Assembly: GCA_903889905.1 (NCBI GenBank)
Contig: CAISZI010000050.1
Location: forward strand, 45,294-109,293
Direction of reading: 5' to 3'
Length of the DNA stretch: 64,000 bases
Source: Candidatus Wirthbacteria bacterium
Lineage (GTDB): Bacteria; Patescibacteriota; CG2-30-54-11
The notes under the pieces were generated by a model that made no database searches, had not been told where the DNA came from, and saw only the letters and a list, made by a program, of their open reading frames with translations. Shown piece by piece: positions 18,085 through 27,543 of the stretch (the first letter of the stretch is position 1; the number at the start of each line of letters is the position of its first letter). A program made the position numbers and the translations under genes.

Positions 18085-18894
18085 ATGGATGGAATACAAG
18101 ACCCGGGAGTAATGGACGTATCCTCCTCCGCAGTTGACGTAGTGATGCAGAAACGAAATGCCTTTTTGAATTCCCCATTTAATCATCCCACCGACAACAC
18201 AGGCAGCATGGGTGAGCTCACCGCGGAACAAATCGAGGCCCTCCCCACCATACAACTCGATAGTCAAACCGTCGCCTTAATCGATTCACTCATCAAGCGC
18301 GAAATCGATCGCGGTGATGATGGTAGCGATGACGACAGATTGGAAACAGTCATTTACTTAAGAGATGGACATGGGGCACAAATTGTTGCCAGAATGACGA
18401 ATGAAGGAACCATCGAGCTCCATGCGTCCACCCCAGAACCGAATCCCAAATTCCCTGACCAATGGCACAAAGTCGTTACTGACAATCGGCTGACAGTCAT
18501 TAAAGATGCTGACGTCAAGAATGCTGACGGCAAAAATACCGCCTGCTTTCGTGTAGTCCAAGCTGACTATAATCGGAGTGAGAACGGAGGATATTACAAC
18601 GGAAACACGACAGAAGAGATGCAGAAATTTATGAGGGAAAATCCATACAGGCATCTCACTGCCGATTATGTTAAAAACACAGCCTCAGCTCGGGGCACAG
18701 ATGAAACACAACATGATATAGGAACGGATGAACAGGAAGAATTACTGCGAATTATCCAAGAGAATATGAAAACTATATACGATAAAGACCTCAGAGAAGG
18801 AGAAGATTGGGACGTTGCTATGTTAAAAGAAGCAGAAAATGATCCGACTCAAAAGCCACGCAATAAAAAAAGAAACATGAGTTCCAGGCATTAA
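18085..18894 (+). CDS. Hypothetical acidic soluble protein
   Basis: 269-aa ORF with strong promoter/RBS; Asp/Glu-rich; no recognised family. Confidence 0.5.
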   Translation: MDGIQDPGVMDVSSSAVDVVMQKRNAFLNSPFNHPTDNTGSMGELTAEQIEALPTIQLDSQTVALIDSLIKREIDRGDDGSDDDRLETVIYLRDGHGAQIVARMTNEGTIELHASTPEPNPKFPDQWHKVVTDNRLTVIKDADVKNADGKNTACFRVVQADYNRSENGGYYNGNTTEEMQKFMRENPYRHLTADYVKNTASARGTDETQHDIGTDEQEELLRIIQENMKTIYDKDLREGEDWDVAMLKEAENDPTQKPRNKKRNMSSRH

Positions 18895-18994
18895 ACTATG
18901 GCCATTTAAGCTACCCTCTATGGCTCCCCTCTTGGCTTTCCCGAAATGGTAGCAGTTATCCTGACACACTTTTGTTTGAATATAATACTTTCAT

Positions 18995-20086
18995 TCACAA
19001 TAGCGACACCCCTCCCTGATTCAAGAGCGACGGAGCCTTGACGTTTTTAAGCGCAGGCACGGGATCCCCCATTGCTTTGGCGAGTTTGGCTTCCTTGTCC
19101 CAGGCCATATACCACAGGTACAGATTGGCCGCGTATAGTTGCTCGACATACATCGAGTAACTCCAGGCGATGGCGACATAGAGCATGGTTGCCAGCCAGA
19201 CCGTGTCAGGCAAAACAATCTTGCCTTTGGCGGTAATGACAAAAAGTAGCGCTGGTGGAAAGAACACGATCACAGCAATGGCTTCGGAAAGGAGATAAGC
19301 CCTCACAAATCCTGACTTGTTGCCTTTCAAGACAGCAAATCCTTTTTTGACCGCGTTTGACAAACTCAGGTTTTCCCAGGCGATCGCCGGCATAATCAGG
19401 AAAACCACCATCCGTACCCCTTGGTTCACGGCAGAGAAAAAAGCTTCAGAAATCGACACTTTTTGATATCCGGCCAAAGTTTTGGCAGCATTCTCAGCAT
19501 TGATCGCGTCATCGTTATTTTTGCTTTGACGCGATGTCAATGCCGACAGCAGTAGTAACAAAAACCAGACAACGCTCCACATCAACATCAACGGCAGCAT
19601 GGTGATTAAGTTTTGGTTAATGGTGTCACCCAACGCTTGGGTAAAACTGGGTCTTTGCCCGTGTTCAATTTGCTGCAATAATTCCAGCACCAACGAACAG
19701 GAAAACATCAACAAAGCAGAAAAAATAAAAATCACGACAAACACCAACAACAATGTCTGTCCCCAGGCATTGGCGTCGGGTTGATATTTGAATTTTAGCC
19801 ACAGGATGATGGGCGCGTAGATAATCCAGACAATGATGAGTGGCAGCAGAAAAATGGGATATTTCACAAACAACCGCAACGAATCCATGAAAACGCTCGC
19901 TTTTTGGGACAGAGACAAAGTGGCATTGGTGTCATCATCCGAATCTGGCGGCACTTGATCGGCCGCTTCGTCTTTGGCCAGTTGCGCGTAGACTTCCTGC
20001 AGCGTTTTACTACTCGTTTCGGTCATGGCCTGCTGCCTTTTTTCGGCTTTGGACAACATACCAGCGAGTGGATCATCCGCTTTCAT
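18995..20086 (-). CDS. Hypothetical polytopic membrane protein (cytoplasmic acidic N-terminus + ~7 TM)
   Basis: Hydrophobic helices throughout. Same strand as, and immediately downstream of, the SGNH/MBOAT pair. Confidence 0.5.
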   Translation of the reverse strand: MKADDPLAGMLSKAEKRQQAMTETSSKTLQEVYAQLAKDEAADQVPPDSDDDTNATLSLSQKASVFMDSLRLFVKYPIFLLPLIIVWIIYAPIILWLKFKYQPDANAWGQTLLLVFVVIFIFSALLMFSCSLVLELLQQIEHGQRPSFTQALGDTINQNLITMLPLMLMWSVVWFLLLLLSALTSRQSKNNDDAINAENAAKTLAGYQKVSISEAFFSAVNQGVRMVVFLIMPAIAWENLSLSNAVKKGFAVLKGNKSGFVRAYLLSEAIAVIVFFPPALLFVITAKGKIVLPDTVWLATMLYVAIAWSYSMYVEQLYAANLYLWYMAWDKEAKLAKAMGDPVPALKNVKAPSLLNQGGVSLL

Positions 20087-20105
20087 GTCAAACTCCTTCT
20101 ATAAT

Positions 20106-21134
20106 TTACGGTTGTGTCCCCCTGGCTTTGCTGAGCGGCAGATCCTTTTCTATAAACTGCACCACCACGTTGCTCAAAATCTTGCCACCAAATACTGTAA
20201 AGTGCACCCCATCGTCCTGGCGTGCTTTTTGCTTGAGCCCAGTCTCATCGGGGACAATGGCGCTATAACGGTCATTCACCGCAAACCGGCTCCAGGTATC
20301 AACATATTCCACATTGGGAAACAGCTGTGCTTCGCTCTGGAATATCCGGTCCATGCGCGTGAACTTATTATAAAAATCCGTGGTGCCCGGTATTGGCTGA
20401 CCCACCCAATAAACCGTATCCACCACCGGGGAAACCAATTTGAGAAAGTCATCTACCCGTTTCTGGTAAACCGCGTCCCAGCCGGCATTATCCAGGTGCA
20501 CGGCTTTGCCACTGTCATCCAGAATACCCTGGCCGTCGTTGGCGCCAAACATCACCACCAGTACCTGCGGGTGGAAAGTCGCGATCAGCTGCAGCGCATA
20601 ATCGTTCCAGTTGAAATAATCGCGACGATTGAGGCCAGTGGAATATTTTCCTGCCCGTTTGACGCTGTCCACGTTGGGTAATGTCAGCAGTTGCCCTTCC
20701 AGCGCCGGTCCAAAGCCTTCGAGGATAATCGAGTCGCCAATGATCAAAATACTGTAGGGAGCTTGCAGTTTGGGTTTGACAAGGTTGGTCGTGTTCACCA
20801 GCGGCAGACTTTGCGGCTTGGCGGAAGTGGTGGAAGTCGTTGGCGCGTTGATCGGTGCAGTATTGTCAGCCAGTGGCGCTGGCGCTGTGTCGTCAGCTGC
20901 GATGAGACTTTCTGTTTGTTTGAGCTTTTCCCACTGCCGGTTTTCCCAGTGTTTAAATGTGCCCCACGGTGATTTGGCGATAAAAGTTCGCAGGCCTCCA
21001 ACGGGTAATCCCACATCCTGTGCAATCGCCAAAGAACCCGGCAGCTCAAACACAAACAAGATGCCAAATACCGCCAGCGCCAATTTGATCGATTTCCAAT
21101 CTTTGGACATAGGCCTAAAAAGAGAAATAAACAA
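20106..21134 (-). CDS. Membrane-anchored SGNH/GDSL-like hydrolase/acyltransferase partner (AlgX/PatB/DltD-like role)
   Basis: N-terminal TM; 'ILIIGDSIILEG' (GDS block) and 'DDGVHFT' (DxxH block); overlaps MBOAT gene by 20 nt. Confidence 0.5.
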   Translation of the reverse strand: MFISLFRPMSKDWKSIKLALAVFGILFVFELPGSLAIAQDVGLPVGGLRTFIAKSPWGTFKHWENRQWEKLKQTESLIAADDTAPAPLADNTAPINAPTTSTTSAKPQSLPLVNTTNLVKPKLQAPYSILIIGDSIILEGFGPALEGQLLTLPNVDSVKRAGKYSTGLNRRDYFNWNDYALQLIATFHPQVLVVMFGANDGQGILDDSGKAVHLDNAGWDAVYQKRVDDFLKLVSPVVDTVYWVGQPIPGTTDFYNKFTRMDRIFQSEAQLFPNVEYVDTWSRFAVNDRYSAIVPDETGLKQKARQDDGVHFTVFGGKILSNVVVQFIEKDLPLSKARGTQP

Positions 21135-22590
21135 ATGGAGGCACCAAATCCGGCTTGAGCCCGACGATCACGGCCAGACAAACGACCACGACCACGACTT
21201 TCGCACGAAAACTGCTGACATTCAAAATCGCTTCCAACCAAAAACCCACCCGGTGACCGATTAAGTTAAATAAGACAATCAGACCGAGGACAATAAGCAA
21301 AACCGGTTGAACCAGGGTGACGGTGTGGATTTTGGCAGTGGTCAGCCCGCCATAATACATCAGCGCTGAATCGAGCGTGGGTGAATTAAAGAAAACCCAA
21401 AGCAGACTGACGGTGGTAAACGTACCAACCCAGCTCAGCGTCCGCCGCACGACATTGTCCTGCCAGAATTTGAGCCAGAGCGAGAGCCGATGGTTGATTG
21501 CACTCGCTACCCCAAGGCCAAAACCCCACAGGATAAAGGGCCAGCCCGCGCCGTGCCACAGCCCCGACAGTGTCATGGTGGCAATCACATTGAAATAGCG
21601 GCGTGCGGGTTTGATCGGGGCGTAAGTGTCTGTCACAGAACCATCGAGGTGTTTTGCGGTGACTTTGGGCCCACGGCTGCCACCCAATGGAATGTAGACA
21701 TAATCCCGAAACCATGACGACAGCGAGATGTGCCAGCGTTTCCAGAATTCGCTTAAATTCAAACTGGCATAGGGCCGGTCAAAGTTGGCGGCGGTATTGA
21801 TGCCGAGCAGATTGGAAATGGCAATGGCCAGATCGGAATAGCCACTGAAATCCACATACAAATAACAGGCATACGCCAGCACCGCGATCCACAAATCCAG
21901 ACTGGAATAATTCTGCGGCGTGGCAAACGGACCCTGGATGAAATTGTACAAAAAGCTCGACAGCACCAGTTTCTTCATCAGCCCCGAAATAATCAGCACA
22001 ATCACCCGCGCTTCATTGTAAACAAAACCGCTGCGACCATTTAAATCGTCATAAAACGGCTGTGGCCGCGCGATCGGTCCTGAGGCAATGTGCGGGAAAA
22101 AAGTGATGTAGTTGGCATAATCCAGGAACGACGGGAGCACGATTTTGCCATGGTAACTGTCAACGAGGTGAGCGATGGTACGAAAGGTGTAAAACGACAA
22201 ACCCACCGGCGCCAAGAGCGCCAGCAGGTTGATATCCACGCTGAGGTGGAAGACATGCAATAGAGAATACAGACTGTCGATGAAAAAGTTGAAATACTTA
22301 AAAATGCCAAGCTGGACCAGGTTCGCCACAATCCCGATGACCAGGAAAAGTTTACGGCTGTTTGTCCTTCGTAGCTTTAGCGAAGAAGGACTGGCTTCCA
22401 GCACAAAGTAGTAATTGACGAACACCGACGCCAACAACAGCAACAGGAAAGTCGTACTCCAAAGGCGGTAGAACGCCAAGCTCATGATCATGAGCCAAAG
22501 TTTGTACCACACGTTGCGCTGACGCAGCAGAACCACGCCACCAAAGGCTATTGCGAAAAACCCGACAAAGTTAAGCGTGGCAAAGGACAT
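21115..22590 (-). CDS. MBOAT family membrane-bound O-acyltransferase (AlgI/DltB/PatA-like)
   Basis: 'WKRWHISLSSWFRDYVYIPLGGSRG' is the MBOAT catalytic-His block (AlgI/DltB 'WHISLSxWxRDYxYIPLGG'); >10 TM. Confidence 0.75.
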   Translation of the reverse strand: MSFATLNFVGFFAIAFGGVVLLRQRNVWYKLWLMIMSLAFYRLWSTTFLLLLLASVFVNYYFVLEASPSSLKLRRTNSRKLFLVIGIVANLVQLGIFKYFNFFIDSLYSLLHVFHLSVDINLLALLAPVGLSFYTFRTIAHLVDSYHGKIVLPSFLDYANYITFFPHIASGPIARPQPFYDDLNGRSGFVYNEARVIVLIISGLMKKLVLSSFLYNFIQGPFATPQNYSSLDLWIAVLAYACYLYVDFSGYSDLAIAISNLLGINTAANFDRPYASLNLSEFWKRWHISLSSWFRDYVYIPLGGSRGPKVTAKHLDGSVTDTYAPIKPARRYFNVIATMTLSGLWHGAGWPFILWGFGLGVASAINHRLSLWLKFWQDNVVRRTLSWVGTFTTVSLLWVFFNSPTLDSALMYYGGLTTAKIHTVTLVQPVLLIVLGLIVLFNLIGHRVGFWLEAILNVSSFRAKVVVVVVCLAVIVGLKPDLVPPFVYFSF

Positions 22591-22725
22591 ACGTTAAGTT
22601 TCTAGTCTTAAAAGTCGCTGAACCGACTTCCGTCATCATAGCAAAAGAGACATAAGTTTTACATAGATTAATGGCTGATTTCCTATTACAATACAAGTGT
22701 TCATTCCTTACAGACAGGAGGACTC

Positions 22726-23073
22726 GTGAAAATCCTCATCAAGCTGATCATCAATTCGCTGGCGGTTTATCTCTCCGCATTGATCCTCTCCCACGGCATT
22801 CATCTCAAGGACGCGATCACTGTGGTGGCAGTTGCGGTGATTCTTGGTGTGGTCAATACGTTCCTCAAACCTGTCTTGTTCATCCTGACACTACCGGTGA
22901 CCTTGCTGACGTTGGGACTGTTTGCCCTGATTTTGAATGCCTTGATGGTGCTGCTCGTGAGCGCACTGGTGCCAGGATTTGTGGTGGACGGACTGTTTTG
23001 GGCATTCCTCTTTAGCCTGCTCATGAGTGTTATTCGCAGTTTTCTCTATACGTTTGAAGCCGATGCCAAATAA
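22726..23073 (+). CDS. YvlD-like small membrane protein (phage-holin-4-like superfamily, 4 TM)
   Basis: 115 aa, four hydrophobic helices, composition typical of the YvlD/DUF360 family. Confidence 0.45.
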   Translation: MKILIKLIINSLAVYLSALILSHGIHLKDAITVVAVAVILGVVNTFLKPVLFILTLPVTLLTLGLFALILNALMVLLVSALVPGFVVDGLFWAFLFSLLMSVIRSFLYTFEADAK

Positions 23074-23560
23074 AGCCAAAATTATTTTGCTGACGACCTC
23101 TTTGCTTGTCGTCTCCCTCGGCCTTACCGCTTGCGGCCAACAAACCAAAGCCTCACCTGCCGGATCGCAAGCCAAACTACCGACGCGCGTCATCACCTTC
23201 ATGAACGCCGACAATGACAATATCACCTTGACCGCCGAACTTGCCAGCACCGCTACCCAACGTCAAATCGGCCTGATGGGCCGCACCAGCCTGGGCGCTG
23301 ACGAAGGCATGCTGTTTGTGCTGCCAACCCCCATGGTAACCACTTTCTGGATGAAAAACACCCTCATCCCGCTCGATATGATCTGGGTGGACGAAAATGG
23401 CAAAATCATCGATATCCAGCAGGCGGAACCCTGCCTGACCGCTACTTGCCCCAGCTATACGCCACCCGGACCGGTCAAATTTGTGCTCGAAACCAACCAG
23501 GGCTGGGCACAGTCGCATAGTATTGACAGCAGCGCCACCATTTATTGGCCGAGTGTTTAG
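23063..23560 (+). CDS. DUF192 (COG1430) family lipoprotein
   Basis: Lipobox 'LTAC'; 'MLFVLPT...WMKNTLIPLDMIWVDENGKII' matches the DUF192 core; start taken at MPNKAK (23063) to avoid overlap. Confidence 0.6.
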   Translation: MPNKAKIILLTTSLLVVSLGLTACGQQTKASPAGSQAKLPTRVITFMNADNDNITLTAELASTATQRQIGLMGRTSLGADEGMLFVLPTPMVTTFWMKNTLIPLDMIWVDENGKIIDIQQAEPCLTATCPSYTPPGPVKFVLETNQGWAQSHSIDSSATIYWPSV

Positions 23561-23970
23561 GAAGCAGTTTCACTACCGCCAGGCAATCTTCTGCTGTTAT
23601 TTCTCAAATTCTTTTGAAGCCAAGGAATTTGGGGCCAGTGTCCCTGCTCATTGGCTTGACGCTTAAACACCGGCCCTAGCGTCCTGCCATCACCGGTGCC
23701 AACAACTGCCTCAAACCCCAGGTACCGGGCAGCCGAGACTGTCGCTTTGCTTGCTTCACAATTTACTCCAACCATGGATTCATCCAATTCATGCCCAAAT
23801 TGTTTGAGATCGACTGTTGGTTTGGCAGATTGCGTTAAAAATTGTACAAAACTGTTGCGTACGCCTGCTGGCACATTCCCTTCGGCATTCAACTCCTCAA
23901 TCATCAAGGTATCTGCCGGACAATTCAATTCCAGACAACTGAGGATCAAACCCGTGGCCCTCAGCCACAT
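23557..23970 (-). CDS. Hypothetical protein (possible C-terminal part of a frameshifted gene)
   Basis: 137-aa ORF directly continuing 23961..24497 on same strand in a different frame; no family recognised. Confidence 0.3.
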   Translation of the reverse strand: MWLRATGLILSCLELNCPADTLMIEELNAEGNVPAGVRNSFVQFLTQSAKPTVDLKQFGHELDESMVGVNCEASKATVSAARYLGFEAVVGTGDGRTLGPVFKRQANEQGHWPQIPWLQKNLRNNSRRLPGGSETAS

Positions 23971-24497
23971 TTCGTTGATGGAAGGGCGTCTGATCGAGCT
24001 CCCGATGTGCCTGATAGCTCGGGCGTTATGACGAAATCAGGTGTTTGCCTTAGCCCCAAAACGTCCTTCATCTGTCGCAAAACCAGCCCCTGCGCAGAAT
24101 TCGAGACATATTGTTTCTCACCCGCAAGAACGGCATTCTCAATCAGATAATTCATGATAAAGACTGGCTTGGCATTTTCATCTAAAACACTATAAACCTG
24201 TCCAGCTATTGCTTGCGTAGCATCAAAAACCAACCCCCTCGCAAGCAGTTCGGGCAATACCGGACTACTTTTGAGACGATAATCGAGCCGCAGTCCATGT
24301 GGCGCCAAGGCGTCGACCATTGCCGGTGATTTGACCCTCGCCACCTCGAAACCAGATCCAAGCAAAGAAACTCCCGCGCATTGCATGACAATATCGTCAA
24401 TCGCACGTGCCAATGCGAAACCAACCTGCTCTTGTTCGCCAGAACCTATACCGTCTAACCCTTGAACCACGCCATTTTCCCCTGGGATGATAACCAA
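23961..24497 (-). CDS. Hypothetical protein (possible N-terminal part of a frameshifted gene)
   Basis: 178-aa ORF whose end overlaps by 10 nt the start of the next same-strand ORF in another frame. Confidence 0.35.
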   Translation of the reverse strand: MVIIPGENGVVQGLDGIGSGEQEQVGFALARAIDDIVMQCAGVSLLGSGFEVARVKSPAMVDALAPHGLRLDYRLKSSPVLPELLARGLVFDATQAIAGQVYSVLDENAKPVFIMNYLIENAVLAGEKQYVSNSAQGLVLRQMKDVLGLRQTPDFVITPELSGTSGARSDALPSTKCG

Positions 24498-24535
24498 AAG
24501 GTACCTATGATATCATACAATAGCTTGCTTCTCTA

Positions 24536-25912
24536 TTGATTGAATCTGTCATGCTCCAACTCACTATCGACAAACTGATCCAGGGCGGCCAGGGTATGGG
24601 CCGACAAAAGCCCGACAAACCTCCTAATAACGATCCCATTGAAGGGGGCGAGCTTCCAAGCGAAGTCTCCGGCGGCTCTGCCGGAGCCGACGGAGGCAAA
24701 ACGATTTTCGCCTGGAACGCCCTTCCTGGCGAAGAAGTAGAAGTCGAACTGGTCCACAACAAAAAAACCTGGGCTGATGGCGTGGCGGTTAATATCCTCA
24801 AATCATCGCCCCACCGTATCTCTCCACGCGAGGAGCATTTCCTCTCCTGCAGCCCCTGGCAAATTCTCAGCTGGGAACAGGAAAATACCTGGAAACAGGA
24901 AATCGCCCGTGAAACCTACGCCCAGATCGGCGGCCTCCCACAGGATCAGACCTACGAGATCGTCGCCAACCAAGACCCAACCTATGGTTATCGCAACAAG
25001 ATGGAATACTCATTTGCAGTGGACGAAAAAGAACAAATCCGCCTTGCCTTCTTCGGCCGCGGTCAGCACAAACGCTTTGCCCACGACGGCTGCATTCTGG
25101 CCGAAGATGGCATCAACCAGACAGCGTTGGCAATCCTCAATTGGATCCGCACGCAGCCCAGCATTACGCTGCGCAACCTCAAGAGCCTGATCATTCGTTC
25201 CAATGGTGAAGGCCAGACCATTGCCGCACTGTTTCTCAAAGATGTGATGGAATTCGCTGACTATCCCGTTATCCACGACAACTGGCTGGGTTTTCAGCTC
25301 TACCATTCCTTTTACAAATCACCCGCTTCGGTGCCTACTAAATTGCTTTATAGCGTTGGCCAAGACTTCCTGATCACCCACCTCAATCAAACTCCACTCA
25401 AATTCGGCTTACTTAGCTTTTTCCAGGTTAACATCCCTCTGTTTCAGCAAGCGCTCACGACCATGGCGTCGTTTGTGGATGACGACAAAGAACTGCTGGA
25501 TTTCTATTCCGGCGTCGGCGCAATTGGCCTGCCGCTTCAACACCAGGCTCGCAAGGTAACGCTGGTGGACAACAACGCCGAAGCCATCCAGTATGCTCGG
25601 GATAACATCCAGCTCAACCAGGCTGATAACTGTGAAGCCATGCTCTCGCCCGCCGAAAATGTGACCGAGCTCATTACTACCGACAAAACGCTGATCCTGG
25701 ACCCACCCCGCGCCGGCTTGCATGACGACGTCACGCAGCGAATTATCGACCAGAAACCCGGCCGCATCCTCTACATGTCGTGCAATGTCGCCACTCACGC
25801 CCGCGATATCGGTTTGCTCAAAGAACATTACGACATCAAATTCCTCAAACTATTTAACTTTTTCCCGCGAACTCCACATGTCGAGAGTTTATGCGTGCTG
25901 GAGCGGAAATAA
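24536..25912 (+). CDS. rlmD: 23S rRNA (uracil-C5)-methyltransferase RlmD/RumA family (TRAM + SAM-MTase)
   Basis: 'YGYRNKMEYSF', 'ILDPPRAGL', 'YMSCNVATHARD', 'FFPRTPHVESL' are TrmA/RumA family blocks. Confidence 0.8.
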   Translation: MIESVMLQLTIDKLIQGGQGMGRQKPDKPPNNDPIEGGELPSEVSGGSAGADGGKTIFAWNALPGEEVEVELVHNKKTWADGVAVNILKSSPHRISPREEHFLSCSPWQILSWEQENTWKQEIARETYAQIGGLPQDQTYEIVANQDPTYGYRNKMEYSFAVDEKEQIRLAFFGRGQHKRFAHDGCILAEDGINQTALAILNWIRTQPSITLRNLKSLIIRSNGEGQTIAALFLKDVMEFADYPVIHDNWLGFQLYHSFYKSPASVPTKLLYSVGQDFLITHLNQTPLKFGLLSFFQVNIPLFQQALTTMASFVDDDKELLDFYSGVGAIGLPLQHQARKVTLVDNNAEAIQYARDNIQLNQADNCEAMLSPAENVTELITTDKTLILDPPRAGLHDDVTQRIIDQKPGRILYMSCNVATHARDIGLLKEHYDIKFLKLFNFFPRTPHVESLCVLERK

Positions 25913-26200
25913 ACATTAATACCATATTTCTCTTAATGCTTCCTTGTGTGCTTTAGAATACGATCCGTGACATAATTTAACTAATCGTTGCGCATTTCGA
26001 TAGGCTTTTGTCAAACTCCTACGTTTTTTTGCTAGTGCTGACAATCCAACTGTTACCGTAGGGTATAATTATCGTATTTGTCTCGGGCTTAGGATTTCCA
26101 TGGATTAATGGTTGATAAAAGATAAATACTAGGACAGAACTTACACCAATCATGTCGGCGCTTAGTTCATGTTACACTAGTATACTTCCATCTTATCAAC

Positions 26201-27475
26201 TTGAGACACGAATTGCCCTACCGCAACCTCGAAGCCTATGAACTTGTACCCAAAGCACAACCGAAAGTACGTCCGCCGATTGGACTGGAGGCTGCGTGGC
26301 CAGAAACTGAAGGCGACCGGCCGGATTGGGTGAAAGCGCTTACTGCTGGGCAACGATTTGCGGCTTATGACGACATTGTCATGGGTAGTAGCCCAATGCT
26401 CGACCTCACTTCGGGGCAGGTGAACACTGGCCGACAATCAAAACGCGATAGCGCCATTTTAAAACCACAACATCTGTATCTGATTCCCATCAATTTAGAT
26501 GAAACTATCCTTCCTCGAGGCTATCTTGAATGGGTTTGCGCACAGCTTCAGGGACAACCACGGCAGGATGATTCCAGTATGACTTGCGGCGATAATTTTG
26601 CATGTGTCAGCCTTGAACAGGTGACGCAAGTCTTGAATTGGGAACACAGCGCAACTCAATCTGAGCTCAGCAGAAATTTACTAACAATGGGTACTCGTTC
26701 CACCGCTGCCCAATCTGGTCTTAATATTTTGGAAACCATCTTCCACTCTAACGCTGACAAACTGCAGGCACACCTTTTGGTCCACAATATTGGCATGCCA
26801 CTCAGCTTGCTGCCAGGCGATGAACTGGGCAGTGTCTACTCGCCAGCTAACGCCGAACTGTTAAGCGGTGTGGACTTGACTGCAGCCATCCAAAACAATG
26901 CCATAGAGATTAGCAATCCCTCATCACCTAACGCAGGGCATGGTATTGAAACGCTCGGCCGCGATTGGGCTTATTTGACACCTGAGGGGTTGCTCACAAC
27001 CGATGCGACCGTGGCCACGGCCATTGCTCTGCGCATTGGTAACGAATTTTACCGGCTCAATCCACATCGGAGCAATTTACCCAGAATCCTGCATCCCGAT
27101 GCTATTCGCTCTAGAAAATACCGTCACTACATGTCTGACAGACGTTTTCATTTGCGCTTCGACGCCTCTAAGGGCGACCCCATGCCACCGTTTTGGATTG
27201 GACAAACCCGTGCCTCAGTTAGACTGGCCACCGGACGTAACCTCATTCTCGACTCCAACATGTGGATTGGCGATTTGGGAGGCAAAGTAACTGGCGGCGT
27301 GGCGGAACACATTAACGCACTCAGAATCGACCAGAATGGAACCGCCAATCGCTGGCCGCTGCGTGTAGAAGTAGCGCAACATTATCCCGGCCTGGCACGA
27401 CCACAACAAGCCATCTGGACCGCAGCGTTTGCTTACCAGGATCGCGCACTAACTGTCGACAATCCCAATCGGTGA
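26201..27475 (+). CDS. Hypothetical protein (424 aa, no recognised domain)
   Basis: Long ORF preceded by ~290 bp AT-rich non-coding DNA; start uncertain. Confidence 0.4.
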   Translation: MRHELPYRNLEAYELVPKAQPKVRPPIGLEAAWPETEGDRPDWVKALTAGQRFAAYDDIVMGSSPMLDLTSGQVNTGRQSKRDSAILKPQHLYLIPINLDETILPRGYLEWVCAQLQGQPRQDDSSMTCGDNFACVSLEQVTQVLNWEHSATQSELSRNLLTMGTRSTAAQSGLNILETIFHSNADKLQAHLLVHNIGMPLSLLPGDELGSVYSPANAELLSGVDLTAAIQNNAIEISNPSSPNAGHGIETLGRDWAYLTPEGLLTTDATVATAIALRIGNEFYRLNPHRSNLPRILHPDAIRSRKYRHYMSDRRFHLRFDASKGDPMPPFWIGQTRASVRLATGRNLILDSNMWIGDLGGKVTGGVAEHINALRIDQNGTANRWPLRVEVAQHYPGLARPQQAIWTAAFAYQDRALTVDNPNR

Positions 27476-27543
27476 TGTCCGTGGTCAATCGCTATTGGCT
27501 GTGATAGATTGGTAGGTGTTAATACTATCAAAACTGTAGGCGC

